Shown piece after piece: positions 17,819 through 27,722 of a DNA stretch of 64,000 nt; within the stretch, counting starts at the first letter, position 1, and each line of letters opens with the position of its first letter. Position numbers and translations under genes: made by a program. The stretch is taken from positions 2,511 through 66,510 of the forward strand of contig JAZREA010000021.1 of assembly GCA_045660545.1 (NCBI GenBank), written 5' to 3'. Source of the stretch: Clostridia bacterium. Its GTDB lineage: Bacteria; Bacillota; Clostridia; Monoglobales; Firm-18. Under the pieces are notes generated by a model. The model saw only the letters and a list, made by a program, of their open reading frames with translations. It was not told where the DNA came from and did not search any database.

Positions 17819-19228
17819 ATGAAACTAAGCAACATCTTAAAGGGCATATCGTTTGATGTTGAAATAAACGGCATTTCCTATGATTCACGAAAGGTAAAAC
17901 CGGGCGACGTGTTTGTTGCAATAACAGGTTTTGCAACAGACGGCCATAAATATATTAAAAGCGCAGTGCAAAGCGGCGCGGCATGCGTAGTATGCGAGCG
18001 TGCGCCGGAGGAATCGGACATTCCTTACGTTGTAGTCGAAGACTCACGCGCAGCACTTGCAGAAATGTCTAAGAATTTCTACAACGACCCTACTTCCAGG
18101 CTAAAACTTATCGGCGTTACGGGAACAAACGGCAAGACCACCGTAACGCACCTTGTAAAGACCATTTTAGAAGCCAACGGCGAAAAGGTCGGCCTGATCG
18201 GAACAAATAAAAATATGATAGGCGATATAAGCTTTCGTGCCGAGCGCACAACTCCGGAGGCGTTGGAGCTTATGGAGATGTTCGACGAAATGGTAAAGGC
18301 GGGCTGCACATACGCCGTTATGGAGGTCTCCTCCCACTCTCTCGAACTTCAAAGAGTGGCAGGATGCCGCTACGAGACAGGCGCTTTTACAAACCTTACA
18401 CAAGACCACCTGGATTTTCACGGCACAATGGAAAACTACTTCCTTGCAAAGAAAAAGCTCTTTGAAATGTGCAAATTCGGTGTAATAAACTGCGACGACG
18501 AATATGGCCAAAGGCTTATAAAAGACTGCAAATGCCCCCTCACCTCATACGGAATACAAGGCGGCGACCTTGCAGCAGATAATATAGAATACTCCTCAAA
18601 CGGAATATCCTTCGACTGTGCCGGCAGGCGATTTTCGCTTTCAATACCCGGCAAGTTTTCCGTATATAACGCCCTTACCGCTATCGGTATATGCAAGCAG
18701 TGCGGCGTTTCGGACGAAGTAATCATCTCGGCACTAAAAAGCACCGAAGGCATAAAGGGCAGGTCCGAGGTCGTAGACTGTGGCGGAGACTACACGCTTT
18801 TGATAGACTATGCGCACACTCCCGACGGGCTTTCCAACATATTAAACAGCGTGCGCGGATTCGCAAAGGGCAGAATCGTAGTAGTGTTCGGCTGCGGCGG
18901 AGACCGTGACAGCACAAAGCGCCCGAAGATGGGCAAGGTGGCAGGCAGGCTTGCAGACTTTTGCATAGTTACTTCTGACAACCCAAGAAGTGAAGAGCCC
19001 GACGCAATAATAAGGGACATACTGGGCGGTATGGACGACGCTATGGCAGAGTACGTGGTTATCGAAAACAGACGCGACGCCATAGAATACGCCATAACCC
19101 ACGCGAAAACAGACGACGTAATCGTCTTGGCAGGTAAAGGCCACGAGGACTACCAGATATTAAAGGACAAAACAATACACTTTGACGAGCGCGAAATTGT
19201 CCGGGATATATTGGCAAAGCTAAATTAA
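17819..19228 (+). CDS. murE: UDP-N-acetylmuramoyl-L-alanyl-D-glutamate--2,6-diaminopimelate ligase
   Basis: GVTGTNGKTT P-loop and the DNPR motif (TSDNPRSEEP) typical of mDAP-adding MurE. Start at ATG 17819 behind AAGGAGG. Confidence 0.9.
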   Translation: MKLSNILKGISFDVEINGISYDSRKVKPGDVFVAITGFATDGHKYIKSAVQSGAACVVCERAPEESDIPYVVVEDSRAALAEMSKNFYNDPTSRLKLIGVTGTNGKTTVTHLVKTILEANGEKVGLIGTNKNMIGDISFRAERTTPEALELMEMFDEMVKAGCTYAVMEVSSHSLELQRVAGCRYETGAFTNLTQDHLDFHGTMENYFLAKKKLFEMCKFGVINCDDEYGQRLIKDCKCPLTSYGIQGGDLAADNIEYSSNGISFDCAGRRFSLSIPGKFSVYNALTAIGICKQCGVSDEVIISALKSTEGIKGRSEVVDCGGDYTLLIDYAHTPDGLSNILNSVRGFAKGRIVVVFGCGGDRDSTKRPKMGKVAGRLADFCIVTSDNPRSEEPDAIIRDILGGMDDAMAEYVVIENRRDAIEYAITHAKTDDVIVLAGKGHEDYQILKDKTIHFDEREIVRDILAKLN

Positions 19229-19257
19229 GTAATATCAAACATAAATGGGGGATAAAT

Positions 19258-20637
19258 TTGAACAGACTGTCAATAAAAGCAATTGCAGAAGCGATAAACG
19301 GCACGCTTTTGGGCGACGACCGTTTCATAACCCTGGTAACAACAGACAGTAAATACCCCGCGCCCGAGACAATGTTTATCGGCATAAAGGGAGAAAGATT
19401 TGACGGCAACGACTTTGCGCACGACTTTTTGCTAAACGGAGGAGAATGCGCGGTAGTCGAAAAGGATATCGACGTGCCAAACGGATGCTCTGTAATTCGT
19501 GTTTCGGACACACGCGCCGCAATAAGAGACATCGCGGAGTACTACCGTAAAACACTATCCCTCGACGTAGTCGCCGTAACAGGCAGTGTCGGCAAAACAA
19601 GCACAAAGGATATGCTAAACGCCGTAATCTCACAAGGCTTTAAAACCGGCGTAACCAAAGGCAACTTCAACAACGAAATCGGCGTTCCGCTGACTGTATT
19701 CAGCCTTGACGACAGCTTCGAAAAAGCAGTTATCGAAATGGGTATGAACAACCTTGGCGAAATCAGCCGCCTTACAAAAATAGCAAGGCCTGATGTGGCG
19801 GTAATTACAAACATCGGCACCGCACACATAGGTAACCTCGGCAGCCGTGAAAACATACTAAAAGCAAAGCTCGAAATTTTAGAGGGTCTAAAAGACGACG
19901 GAATTGTAGTTTTAAATGCGGACGACCCGTACCTTTGGGGCGCAAAAGATAAAATAAAACACAAAACAATATATTATTCAATAGAAAACAACGAAGCGGA
20001 CATTTCGGCGTACGACGTCTTTACAAAGGCGGACTCTACCGATTTTAGTGTAGATATAGACGGAACAAAGTGCCGCTTTACAATTAACGTAGCGGGCCGC
20101 CATCACGTCTACAACGCTCTTTCGGCTATTGCATGCGGACTTCACTTCGGCATGAGCAAGGAGCAAATCGCACACGGCGTAAGCTCGTTTGCACCAACCG
20201 GACTAAGGCAGAAGGAAACAGTCATAAACGGAATTAAAATAATCGAGGACTGCTACAACGCAAGTCTTGATTCTATGAAATCCTCTCTTGCCACGTTAAA
20301 AGATATCTGCCAGGGCAAAAGGTCTGTGGCCGTTTTGGGCGATATGCTGGAACAAGGCGAATTTTCTTGCCAAAACCATAGGGAAGTCGGTTCAATAGTT
20401 TCAAAAAACGGCATAGATATACTTGTTACAGTAGGAAAGGACGCACACTTTATCGCACAAAGCGCGAGAGAAAACGGTGTTTCGGATATATATGAATTTT
20501 CAGATAACGACCAGGCCGCGACGGCACTCTTTAACATTCTTAAAAAGGGCGATACCGTGCTGTTTAAAGCTTCAAGAGGAATGCGGTTTGAAGAAATAGC
20601 CGAAAAACTGCAAAAATTGTTGAAAGGAAACGAATAA
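19258..20637 (+). CDS. murF: UDP-N-acetylmuramoyl-tripeptide--D-alanyl-D-alanine ligase
   Basis: AVTGSVGKTSTK P-loop in a Mur ligase body. TTG start behind GGGGGA. dcw context. Confidence 0.9.
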   Translation: MNRLSIKAIAEAINGTLLGDDRFITLVTTDSKYPAPETMFIGIKGERFDGNDFAHDFLLNGGECAVVEKDIDVPNGCSVIRVSDTRAAIRDIAEYYRKTLSLDVVAVTGSVGKTSTKDMLNAVISQGFKTGVTKGNFNNEIGVPLTVFSLDDSFEKAVIEMGMNNLGEISRLTKIARPDVAVITNIGTAHIGNLGSRENILKAKLEILEGLKDDGIVVLNADDPYLWGAKDKIKHKTIYYSIENNEADISAYDVFTKADSTDFSVDIDGTKCRFTINVAGRHHVYNALSAIACGLHFGMSKEQIAHGVSSFAPTGLRQKETVINGIKIIEDCYNASLDSMKSSLATLKDICQGKRSVAVLGDMLEQGEFSCQNHREVGSIVSKNGIDILVTVGKDAHFIAQSARENGVSDIYEFSDNDQAATALFNILKKGDTVLFKASRGMRFEEIAEKLQKLLKGNE

Positions 20638-20638
20638 G

Positions 20639-21601
20639 ATGTCAAATGTTTTTACCATAGCGTTGTTAATAGGCTTTGTTGCGGCGGCAGCGATTGCACC
20701 GCTTGTTATCCCGCTGCTTACAAAGTTAAAGTTCGGTCAAAGCATACTTGAAATCGGCCCCAAATGGCACCAGAAAAAGAGCGGGACCCCCACAATGGGC
20801 GGAATAATATTTATGCTTGCGCTTATAATAGCGGTTGTATTTTGCCATAAAAGCATGGACAGCAAGGCATATCTTGTTTTGTTTTGTGCCCTTGGGTTTG
20901 GTTTAATCGGATTTTTAGACGACTTTATAAAAGTTGTGCTAAAACGTAACCTCGGCCTTCGCGCGTGGCAAAAGTTGGCTCTTCAAATTATAGTTTCAAT
21001 AATTTTTGTTATATTCGGTCTTGAACACGGACTTTTTGATATGTCAATAAAGATTCCCTTTACCTCTTTTGAATGGGAAATGGGGCTTTTGTACATCCCG
21101 TTTGCAATCTTCGTTTTGCTCGGCACAGTAAACGCCGTTAACCTTACAGACGGCGTAGACGGTCTTGCCACATCGCTTACGATAGTTACTCTTTTGTTCT
21201 TCGCGGTTTCGACCGCAATATCGGGCGAGACATCGCTTTGCACATTCAGCTTCGCTCTTACGGGCGCGCTTATGGGATTTTTGCTGTTTAACAAAAACCC
21301 CGCCAAAGTCTTTATGGGAGACACGGGCTCTTTGATGCTTGGCGGAACGGTCGCAGCCCTTGCGCTTATGCTTAAAAGCCCTTTGATTATCCTTTTGGTA
21401 GGTATCGTATTTTTCCTTGAAACTCTGTCCGTAATAATTCAGGTAACTTCCTTTAAGCTTACGGGCAAAAGAGTGTTTAAAATGAGCCCTATCCACCACC
21501 ATTTCGAAATGTGCGGTTGGGGCGAGTACAAAATTGTATTAATTTTCTGCCTTGTTCAAATAATATTTAGTATAATCGGGTATTTTGGTATTGGAGTGTG
21601 A
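20639..21601 (+). CDS. mraY: phospho-N-acetylmuramoyl-pentapeptide transferase
   Basis: 320-aa polytopic protein with the motifs NLTDGVDGLA and HHHFE. Confidence 0.92.
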   Translation: MSNVFTIALLIGFVAAAAIAPLVIPLLTKLKFGQSILEIGPKWHQKKSGTPTMGGIIFMLALIIAVVFCHKSMDSKAYLVLFCALGFGLIGFLDDFIKVVLKRNLGLRAWQKLALQIIVSIIFVIFGLEHGLFDMSIKIPFTSFEWEMGLLYIPFAIFVLLGTVNAVNLTDGVDGLATSLTIVTLLFFAVSTAISGETSLCTFSFALTGALMGFLLFNKNPAKVFMGDTGSLMLGGTVAALALMLKSPLIILLVGIVFFLETLSVIIQVTSFKLTGKRVFKMSPIHHHFEMCGWGEYKIVLIFCLVQIIFSIIGYFGIGV

Positions 21602-21607
21602 TTACCG

Positions 21608-22714
21608 TTGAAAAAATGGGGACAGTTAGACTTTGGTTTTTTAATCACTGTCTTTGCGCTTTTGGCGTTTGGGCTTATTATGGTTATGTCAGCAAGTTCC
21701 GAGTCCGCCAGAAACGCCGCATACACAGGCGGCGACGCCTACTACTTTATTAAGCGCCAGCTTGCGTGGGCGGTTTTGTCGGTAATAGCGATGTACTTTT
21801 TCGCAAACTTTGACTACCACAAGCTTGTGGGCTGGTCGCAGATTTTAATAATCGTAGCAATCGTACTTTTGCTTGCCGTGCTTGTAATCGGTACAGAGGC
21901 AAACGGCGGCCAAAGATGGCTCCCTCTTGGGCCCATCAGCTTTCAGCCGTCAGAGTTCGTAAAAATAGCCCTCATCCTCTACCTTGCAGGCTCTATAACC
22001 AAAAACAAAAAATATATAGACACTTTTTCACGCGGGCTTGTTCCAAACCTTATTGTAATAGGTGTTATATCTGTCTTACTTATTTTGCAGCCTCATTTTA
22101 GCGCCACTGTTTTAATAGTCGCGGTCGGGGTTATTATGTTGTTTGTCGGCGGCGTAAACTGGAAGCACTTAGCTGCAATCGGGGTTCCCGTAGTATCTTT
22201 GGGTGCGCTTTTGATTTTAACGTCCGATTACAGAAGGGCGCGTCTGTTTTCGTTTGCAAACCCGTTTTTAGACCCGCTTGGTGACGGATATCAGGTTGTT
22301 CAGTCTTTGTACGCAATCGGAAGCGGCGGGCTTTTCGGCCTTGGCCTTGGCCAGAGCAGGCAAAAGTTCCTCTACATCCCCGAGCCGCAAAACGACTTTA
22401 TCTTCTCAATCCTTTGCGAAGAGATGGGGTTTGTCGGTGCTTTGGTAGTGATTTTGGTCTTCGTCTTCCTTATTTTCAGAGGCATTAAAATCGCAATGAC
22501 CGCCAAAGACAAGGAAGGCTCGCTGATAGCTGTCGGCATTACTTCCCTTATCGCTTTGGAGGTAATTATGAACATAGCGGTTGTTACCGCGGCTATGCCG
22601 GTAACAGGAATACCGCTACCGTTTTTCAGCTACGGAGGTACGTCGTTGCTTATAATTATGGCGTGTATGGGTATTATGCTTAACATTGCACGACAGTCCA
22701 AAAGCAAATTATAA
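21608..22714 (+). CDS. ftsW: SEDS-family lipid II polymerase FtsW/SpoVE
   Basis: 368 aa with SEDS motifs QPSEFVKI and LPFFSYGGTSLL. TTG start. Confidence 0.88.
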   Translation: MKKWGQLDFGFLITVFALLAFGLIMVMSASSESARNAAYTGGDAYYFIKRQLAWAVLSVIAMYFFANFDYHKLVGWSQILIIVAIVLLLAVLVIGTEANGGQRWLPLGPISFQPSEFVKIALILYLAGSITKNKKYIDTFSRGLVPNLIVIGVISVLLILQPHFSATVLIVAVGVIMLFVGGVNWKHLAAIGVPVVSLGALLILTSDYRRARLFSFANPFLDPLGDGYQVVQSLYAIGSGGLFGLGLGQSRQKFLYIPEPQNDFIFSILCEEMGFVGALVVILVFVFLIFRGIKIAMTAKDKEGSLIAVGITSLIALEVIMNIAVVTAAMPVTGIPLPFFSYGGTSLLIIMACMGIMLNIARQSKSKL

Positions 22715-22779
22715 ATCTCCGATACGGCTACATCGGAGCGATTAATAAAAAACGTAGTCAGAAAGGCTGTGCGAATTAA

Positions 22780-23865
22780 ATGCGCGTAGTTTTAGCAGGC
22801 GGCGGCACAGCAGGGCACATCAACCCTGCGCTTGCAATACCCGATAAAATAAAGAAAAATCAGCCCGACAGCAAAATCCTCTTTGTCGGAACCAAAAGTG
22901 GAATGGAAAGTAAGCTTGTTCCGCAGTCGGGATACAAAATTGAATTTATAGAAGTAAGCGGCCTTTCCAGAAAGGCTCGCCTTAAAAACATAGGTGCTGT
23001 TATAAAAGCGGCAAAAGCCTTTGCGAGGTGCAAAAAGATTATAAAAGACTTTTCGCCCGATGTGGTAATCGGTACGGGCGGCTACGTTTCCGGCCCGCTT
23101 GTTTACGCGGCGGCGTCCCTAAAAATACCGACACTTATCCACGAGCAAAACGTGTTTGCAGGTCTTACTAGCAAGCTCCTTGCTCCAAAGGTAGACACAA
23201 TCTGTATAAGCTTTAAAGAAAGCCGTAAAAACTTTACCAACGCAAAAAACATAGTACTCACAGGCAATCCGTTAAGAGAAGCACTCTTTTCCCTTACATA
23301 CATTGATGCACGAAAGAAGCTCAGCCTTGACGACAAGCCGTTTATAGTAGCGTTTGGCGGAAGCCTCGGTGCCAAGCGTCTTAACGAAGCTATGATAAAA
23401 TACATAGAAAATATGCCGGACAACAGCTGCAACATTCTCTTCGCAACCGGCGAAAGAGAGTACGATTTTGTGCAAAACGAGCTTAAAAATGTGAAAAAAA
23501 GCGGCGTAAAAGTTGTAAAATATATACACAACATGGATGAGGCTATGCAATCAGCCGACCTTTTAGTCTGCCGTGCAGGAGCGCTAACTATAAGCGAAAT
23601 CAACGCTCTCGGCAAGCCTTCGGTACTTATCCCTTCGCCCAACGTAACCGACAACCACCAGTTCTACAACGCCAAGGCGCTTTGCGACAACAAGGCGGCT
23701 GTCATGATAGAAGAAGCCGACCTTACGGACCAAAAGTTCAAAGAGCTTGTAGACAACATTTTGTTCGATAAATCCAGACTAAAAGCCATGAGCGAAAGCT
23801 CAAAAAGCATGGGAATTAAAAACGCAACGGACCTAATATATAACGAGATATTAAAAATTGTCTGA
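22780..23865 (+). CDS. murG: undecaprenyldiphospho-muramoylpentapeptide beta-N-acetylglucosaminyltransferase
   Basis: MRVVLAGGGTAGHINPALAI N-terminus. 361 aa. Confidence 0.92.
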   Translation: MRVVLAGGGTAGHINPALAIPDKIKKNQPDSKILFVGTKSGMESKLVPQSGYKIEFIEVSGLSRKARLKNIGAVIKAAKAFARCKKIIKDFSPDVVIGTGGYVSGPLVYAAASLKIPTLIHEQNVFAGLTSKLLAPKVDTICISFKESRKNFTNAKNIVLTGNPLREALFSLTYIDARKKLSLDDKPFIVAFGGSLGAKRLNEAMIKYIENMPDNSCNILFATGEREYDFVQNELKNVKKSGVKVVKYIHNMDEAMQSADLLVCRAGALTISEINALGKPSVLIPSPNVTDNHQFYNAKALCDNKAAVMIEEADLTDQKFKELVDNILFDKSRLKAMSESSKSMGIKNATDLIYNEILKIV

Positions 23866-23872
23866 AAAATGC

Positions 23873-23912
23873 AAAAACCCCGTCAACATAACGTTGACGG
23901 GGTTTTACTTTT
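23873..23912. terminator. bidirectional intrinsic terminator
   Basis: CCCCGTCAAC-loop-GTTGACGGGG stem, flanked by an A-run upstream and a T-run downstream. Lies between convergent genes. Confidence 0.85.
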
Positions 23913-23916
23913 TTAT

Positions 23917-24741
23917 TTATTCTTCTTTCTTTTCTTCTTTTGTTTCTTCCGGTTTTTCTTCTATAACTTCTTCTGTAATTTCTTCAACATCATCTTCAAT
24001 AACTATAAACGGCTCTTCATAAAGCTCGTCTTCGTCTGCCTCAATGCCGGCAGCTTTCTTTTTAGCCCTTGAAATTATAACCAAAGCCACAATCGCAGCT
24101 ATTGCAAGGATAATCAAAACAATAAGCACAATCGCAAGCCAGTTGTAGCTTGTTGTCACAGCTACTATTGTGCCGCTTTCGCCTGCGTACAAAACCTTTT
24201 CGATTCCGCCTCTTACTCTGTCAGCGTTTGTGTAGCTTACAAATCCGTTAGTTAAAAACCTGACAGTCGCATACACTTCACCGTCCTCAAGGCCTGTTTG
24301 AGAAAGAGTGCCTATAAGATAAAGGTAAGTTGTCTTTGTGGAGAAAAGTCCCTTGTCCACCACATAGTCGATACCGCTGTAATTAAGGTCGTCCTTGGTA
24401 ACCTGATTAGCAGCCATAGACATAGTCTTTACTCCGTCCTTATCCTCAATCGTCGCTTCTAAACCAGAAGCTGCCGCCTGCGCGTACAAATACTGCAAGT
24501 CTTCGTCATTACCGGTAAAAAACTGTGAAACAGCAATAGTTTCTTCGCCCGTAAAATCATATACCAAAGTAGGCTTAACGCTCTGTAAGCTGGGTGCACT
24601 TTCAACAGGTGCAGCCTCGTCCTCCGAAATAACGATTTCTTCATTCGAAGTCACCTCAGGCTCGTCTGCAAATGCTACAAAATTAACACCCATAACAGTT
24701 ACAAGTGTCAAAGCCATTATTATTGCTAAAAACTTCTTCAT
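23917..24741 (-). CDS. hypothetical bitopic surface protein with an acidic cytoplasmic tail
   Basis: Signal peptide MKKFLAIIMALTLVTVMGVNFVAFA, an extracellular domain of about 170 aa, one TM segment (WLAIVLIVLIILAIAAIVALVII), then a roughly 50-aa E/D-rich tail. No family recognised. Confidence 0.5.
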   Translation of the reverse strand: MKKFLAIIMALTLVTVMGVNFVAFADEPEVTSNEEIVISEDEAAPVESAPSLQSVKPTLVYDFTGEETIAVSQFFTGNDEDLQYLYAQAAASGLEATIEDKDGVKTMSMAANQVTKDDLNYSGIDYVVDKGLFSTKTTYLYLIGTLSQTGLEDGEVYATVRFLTNGFVSYTNADRVRGGIEKVLYAGESGTIVAVTTSYNWLAIVLIVLIILAIAAIVALVIISRAKKKAAGIEADEDELYEEPFIVIEDDVEEITEEVIEEKPEETKEEKKEE

Positions 24742-24804
24742 CTTTCACTTCTCCTAACAAATGTAATAAAGTAATTATACAACTATTGAAAATAATAGTC
24801 AACA

Positions 24805-26025
24805 TTATTTTTCTTTTCTTAACATACTGTTAACATCTGCACGATGTGGCAATTTTACCCTTACCATCATCTTGCCGTGCGGCGCGCTTTCTATGTCCTC
24901 GCCCTTTTCGTTTTGCATCGTATCAAGCGTAAAATCAAAGGTTTTGCCAAACGGCTGCATAACCTCAATCTTTTCTCCCAAAGAGAACTTGTTCTTTTGC
25001 ATTACTACTGCGTTGCCCTCGTCATCACATTCCTTTACGACGCCGACAACCTCATAGTCTCTGATATAGGCGCTGCTGTCGTAAACCTGCCCTTCGGCAG
25101 TGGGTGCGCCGTGCCAGAATCCGTGCGAATACACCCTGTGGCTGACCTTTCCGAGCTCCTCTAACACACTTTTGTCAAAGACATATTTTTCCGGATTTTC
25201 CATGTATCTGTCCAGTTCCTGACGGTATGCCTTTACTGTGTTTGCGACGTAATATTCACTCTTTACTCTGCCCTCTATCTTAAAGCTTGTAACACCACTG
25301 TCAACAAGCTCGGGTATAAACTCAATCAGGCACAAATCCTTGGAGTTGAAAAAGTAGCTTCCGTTGTCGCCCTCAAAGACGGGCATATATTCGCCGGGCC
25401 TTTTTTCCTCCATAAGATAGTACTTCCATCTGCAAGGCTGTGCGCAAGCGCCCCTGTTAGCCTCGCGTCCTGTCATAAAGCTGCTGAGCAAGCACCTGCC
25501 CGAGTACGAAACGCACATCGCACCGTGGACAAAAAGCTCCAGCTCTAAGGAGGAGGCCGTCTTTTGCCTTAGCTCCTTTACCTCAGGATACGTCATCTCA
25601 CGGGAGAGGACAACTCTTGACGCGCCCATCTTATGCCACACATTTGCACTTGCGTAGTTATTTGTGTTAGCCTGCGTGCTTACGTGGATATCAAGCTTCG
25701 GCGCAGCCTCCTTAACCGCATGAAAGCCACCGAGGTCCGAAACGATAATCGCGTCCGCGCCATAAGAGTATATCTTTTGTGCAAATTCTGCCAGCGGCTC
25801 GATGTCGTTATTTTTCATGATAACATTTGTTGTTATATAAATCTTCCTGCCGTTTTCCCTGGCAAAGTCGATGCCCCTTTTTAGCTCGTCGTCGGTAAAA
25901 TTATTGCACGCTACGCGCATCGAAAATTCCTCGCCGCCGAGGTAAACCGCGTCTGCACCATACTGCACCGCAGCCACAAGCTTGTCATAATCTCCGGCAG
26001 GAGCCAATATTTCAGGTTTAATCAA
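24805..26025 (-). CDS. peptidase U32 family protein (YrrN/YrrO-TrhP-like)
   Basis: MIKPEILAPAGDYDKLVAAVQYGADAVYLGG N-terminus and a Cys cluster, CAQPCRW. Adjacent to trmR-like and mltG genes, as in the B. subtilis yrrL-yrrO region. Confidence 0.8.
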   Translation of the reverse strand: MIKPEILAPAGDYDKLVAAVQYGADAVYLGGEEFSMRVACNNFTDDELKRGIDFARENGRKIYITTNVIMKNNDIEPLAEFAQKIYSYGADAIIVSDLGGFHAVKEAAPKLDIHVSTQANTNNYASANVWHKMGASRVVLSREMTYPEVKELRQKTASSLELELFVHGAMCVSYSGRCLLSSFMTGREANRGACAQPCRWKYYLMEEKRPGEYMPVFEGDNGSYFFNSKDLCLIEFIPELVDSGVTSFKIEGRVKSEYYVANTVKAYRQELDRYMENPEKYVFDKSVLEELGKVSHRVYSHGFWHGAPTAEGQVYDSSAYIRDYEVVGVVKECDDEGNAVVMQKNKFSLGEKIEVMQPFGKTFDFTLDTMQNEKGEDIESAPHGKMMVRVKLPHRADVNSMLRKEK

Positions 26026-26036
26026 GCTTATCCCTC

Positions 26037-26690
26037 CTACACCTTTTTATAGCTTATTGCCGCCCCGTCCCCCACGGGAACAATAACGGTATTAAGCTCA
26101 GGCATATTGCATATCGTGTCAAGATACTTCCTGAGCCTCTTTATAATCGTAACCTTGCGCCGCTGATAAAGCTCGTCTGTTGCAACCATTCCTTTGTAGA
26201 GGATGTTGTCGCTGAATATGATTCCGCCTTTTTTTAAAAGCCTCATACAGTGTGGCAAAAATTCAAGATACTGCCCCTTTGCCGCATCCACAAAGATAAA
26301 GTCAAACTCGCCGTTAATTCCTTCTAATATTTCAAGAGCGTCGCCGCAGTGTACGTCAATCTGCTCTTCAAGACCTGCTTTTTTAATATTGGAAAAAAGC
26401 GGCTCAAACACATTTTCGTCGCGCTCGATAGTTGTAACGTGCGCGCCGGAAGACGCCATAATTATAGAAGAATATCCAATCGCCGCGCCTATTTCAAGCA
26501 CCTTTTTGGCCCCCGAAAACAAAAGCATATTCTCGATAAGCCTGATTGTCTCGGGCTGTGCGATGGGAACTTCGTGCTCTTTTGCATAGCCTTCGATTTC
26601 CAAAAGCAGCCCCTCGCTCTTTTTCATCGTGCGCCTGATGTAGCGGGTTATATATTCATAGTTAATGTTATGTTCGTCGTTGTTTTGCAT
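26037..26690 (-). CDS. trmR: class I SAM-dependent O-methyltransferase (YrrM/TrmR-like)
   Basis: 217 aa with SAM motif VLEIGAAIGYSS and DFIFVDAAKGQY. Synteny with mltG and the U32 gene. Confidence 0.65.
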   Translation of the reverse strand: MQNNDEHNINYEYITRYIRRTMKKSEGLLLEIEGYAKEHEVPIAQPETIRLIENMLLFSGAKKVLEIGAAIGYSSIIMASSGAHVTTIERDENVFEPLFSNIKKAGLEEQIDVHCGDALEILEGINGEFDFIFVDAAKGQYLEFLPHCMRLLKKGGIIFSDNILYKGMVATDELYQRRKVTIIKRLRKYLDTICNMPELNTVIVPVGDGAAISYKKV

Positions 26691-26701
26691 GGGTTACCTC
26701 T

Positions 26702-27703
26702 TTACTGATTTTGTTGCACCGCCCTGTTGTGCTCTTCAAATGTCTTTGAAAACACGTGCCCTGAAAGGTCGGACTTTGCAACAAAGAAATAATAGTCGTG
26801 CTTTTCGGGGTAAAGCGCCGCTAAAATTGCACTCTCTCCCGGGGACGCTATCGGTCCGACAGGAAGTCCGTCGTACTTATATGTGTTGTACAAAGAATCT
26901 ATCTCTGTGTCGGCTATTGAAAGCACGGGCTTTCTGTCTTTTAGTATATACTGTACTGTCGCACAGGATTGAAGCCTCATGTTGTTATTGATTCTGTTAT
27001 AAAACACTCCCGACACCTTTTTATGCTCCGTAGCGTTTGCCGCCTCGCGCTCTATTACAGAGGCCAGAGTTATCACGTCATAGTCCGTCATTCCAAGCTC
27101 TGCCGCGCGTTTTTTACACTCCGCAGTATATACACGGTCAAAAGCCGCAAGCATTGTGTCTATGATGTCGTGCGCAGTCATTCCGTACGAAAACTCGTAC
27201 GTTGCGGGGAACAAAAATCCCTCCAGCCTGTGTTCAACACCGTCGCGTTCTTTAACAAAGTCGTAGTCAAAGTCGCCCTCGTCTGCACATTTCATAAAGC
27301 TTTTGGCGCTGACCAGCCCTACATCCTCGCACGCTTTTGCAATCAGCCTAAGCTCGTACCCTTCGGGGATTACGACCCTTACGTTTTCAGAAGTGCCAAA
27401 CTCGCTTAGCTGCGCGCAAACCTGGCTGTACGACATATCGGTCGTAAAAACATGACCGCCATACTGAAAGGCGGGATATTTACCCTTTGCGTAAAGGGTA
27501 AAAAGCTTTCTGTATTTAATTATACCTTCATCTTTTAGCTCCTGTGCAATTTCGCCCAGCGTCTCGCCGGAGCGGATTTCAAGATAAACGCCCGTGTTGT
27601 TCCCACCCACGCCGAAAACATCTTTAAACGCAGGCACAGCTAAAACCAAGGCAACAACCGCCAAAGCCAAAAGAAACAGCCCTTTGTGTTTCAACTTTCG
27701 CAT
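26702..27703 (-). CDS. mltG: endolytic murein transglycosylase MltG (YceG-like)
   Basis: N-terminal TM segment plus YceG motifs LASVIEREA and PGESAILAALYPE. Start moved to ATG 27703. Confidence 0.85.
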   Translation of the reverse strand: MRKLKHKGLFLLALAVVALVLAVPAFKDVFGVGGNNTGVYLEIRSGETLGEIAQELKDEGIIKYRKLFTLYAKGKYPAFQYGGHVFTTDMSYSQVCAQLSEFGTSENVRVVIPEGYELRLIAKACEDVGLVSAKSFMKCADEGDFDYDFVKERDGVEHRLEGFLFPATYEFSYGMTAHDIIDTMLAAFDRVYTAECKKRAAELGMTDYDVITLASVIEREAANATEHKKVSGVFYNRINNNMRLQSCATVQYILKDRKPVLSIADTEIDSLYNTYKYDGLPVGPIASPGESAILAALYPEKHDYYFFVAKSDLSGHVFSKTFEEHNRAVQQNQ

Positions 27704-27722
27704 AAGTTTCACTTTTAACCTT

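Noticed and set aside
23869-24072. A 67-aa Phe-rich ORF (…FFFLFFFCFFRFFF…).
   Set aside because: It is the antisense reading of the GAA/GAG-rich acidic tail of the 274-aa protein, and it starts inside the terminator. Artefact.
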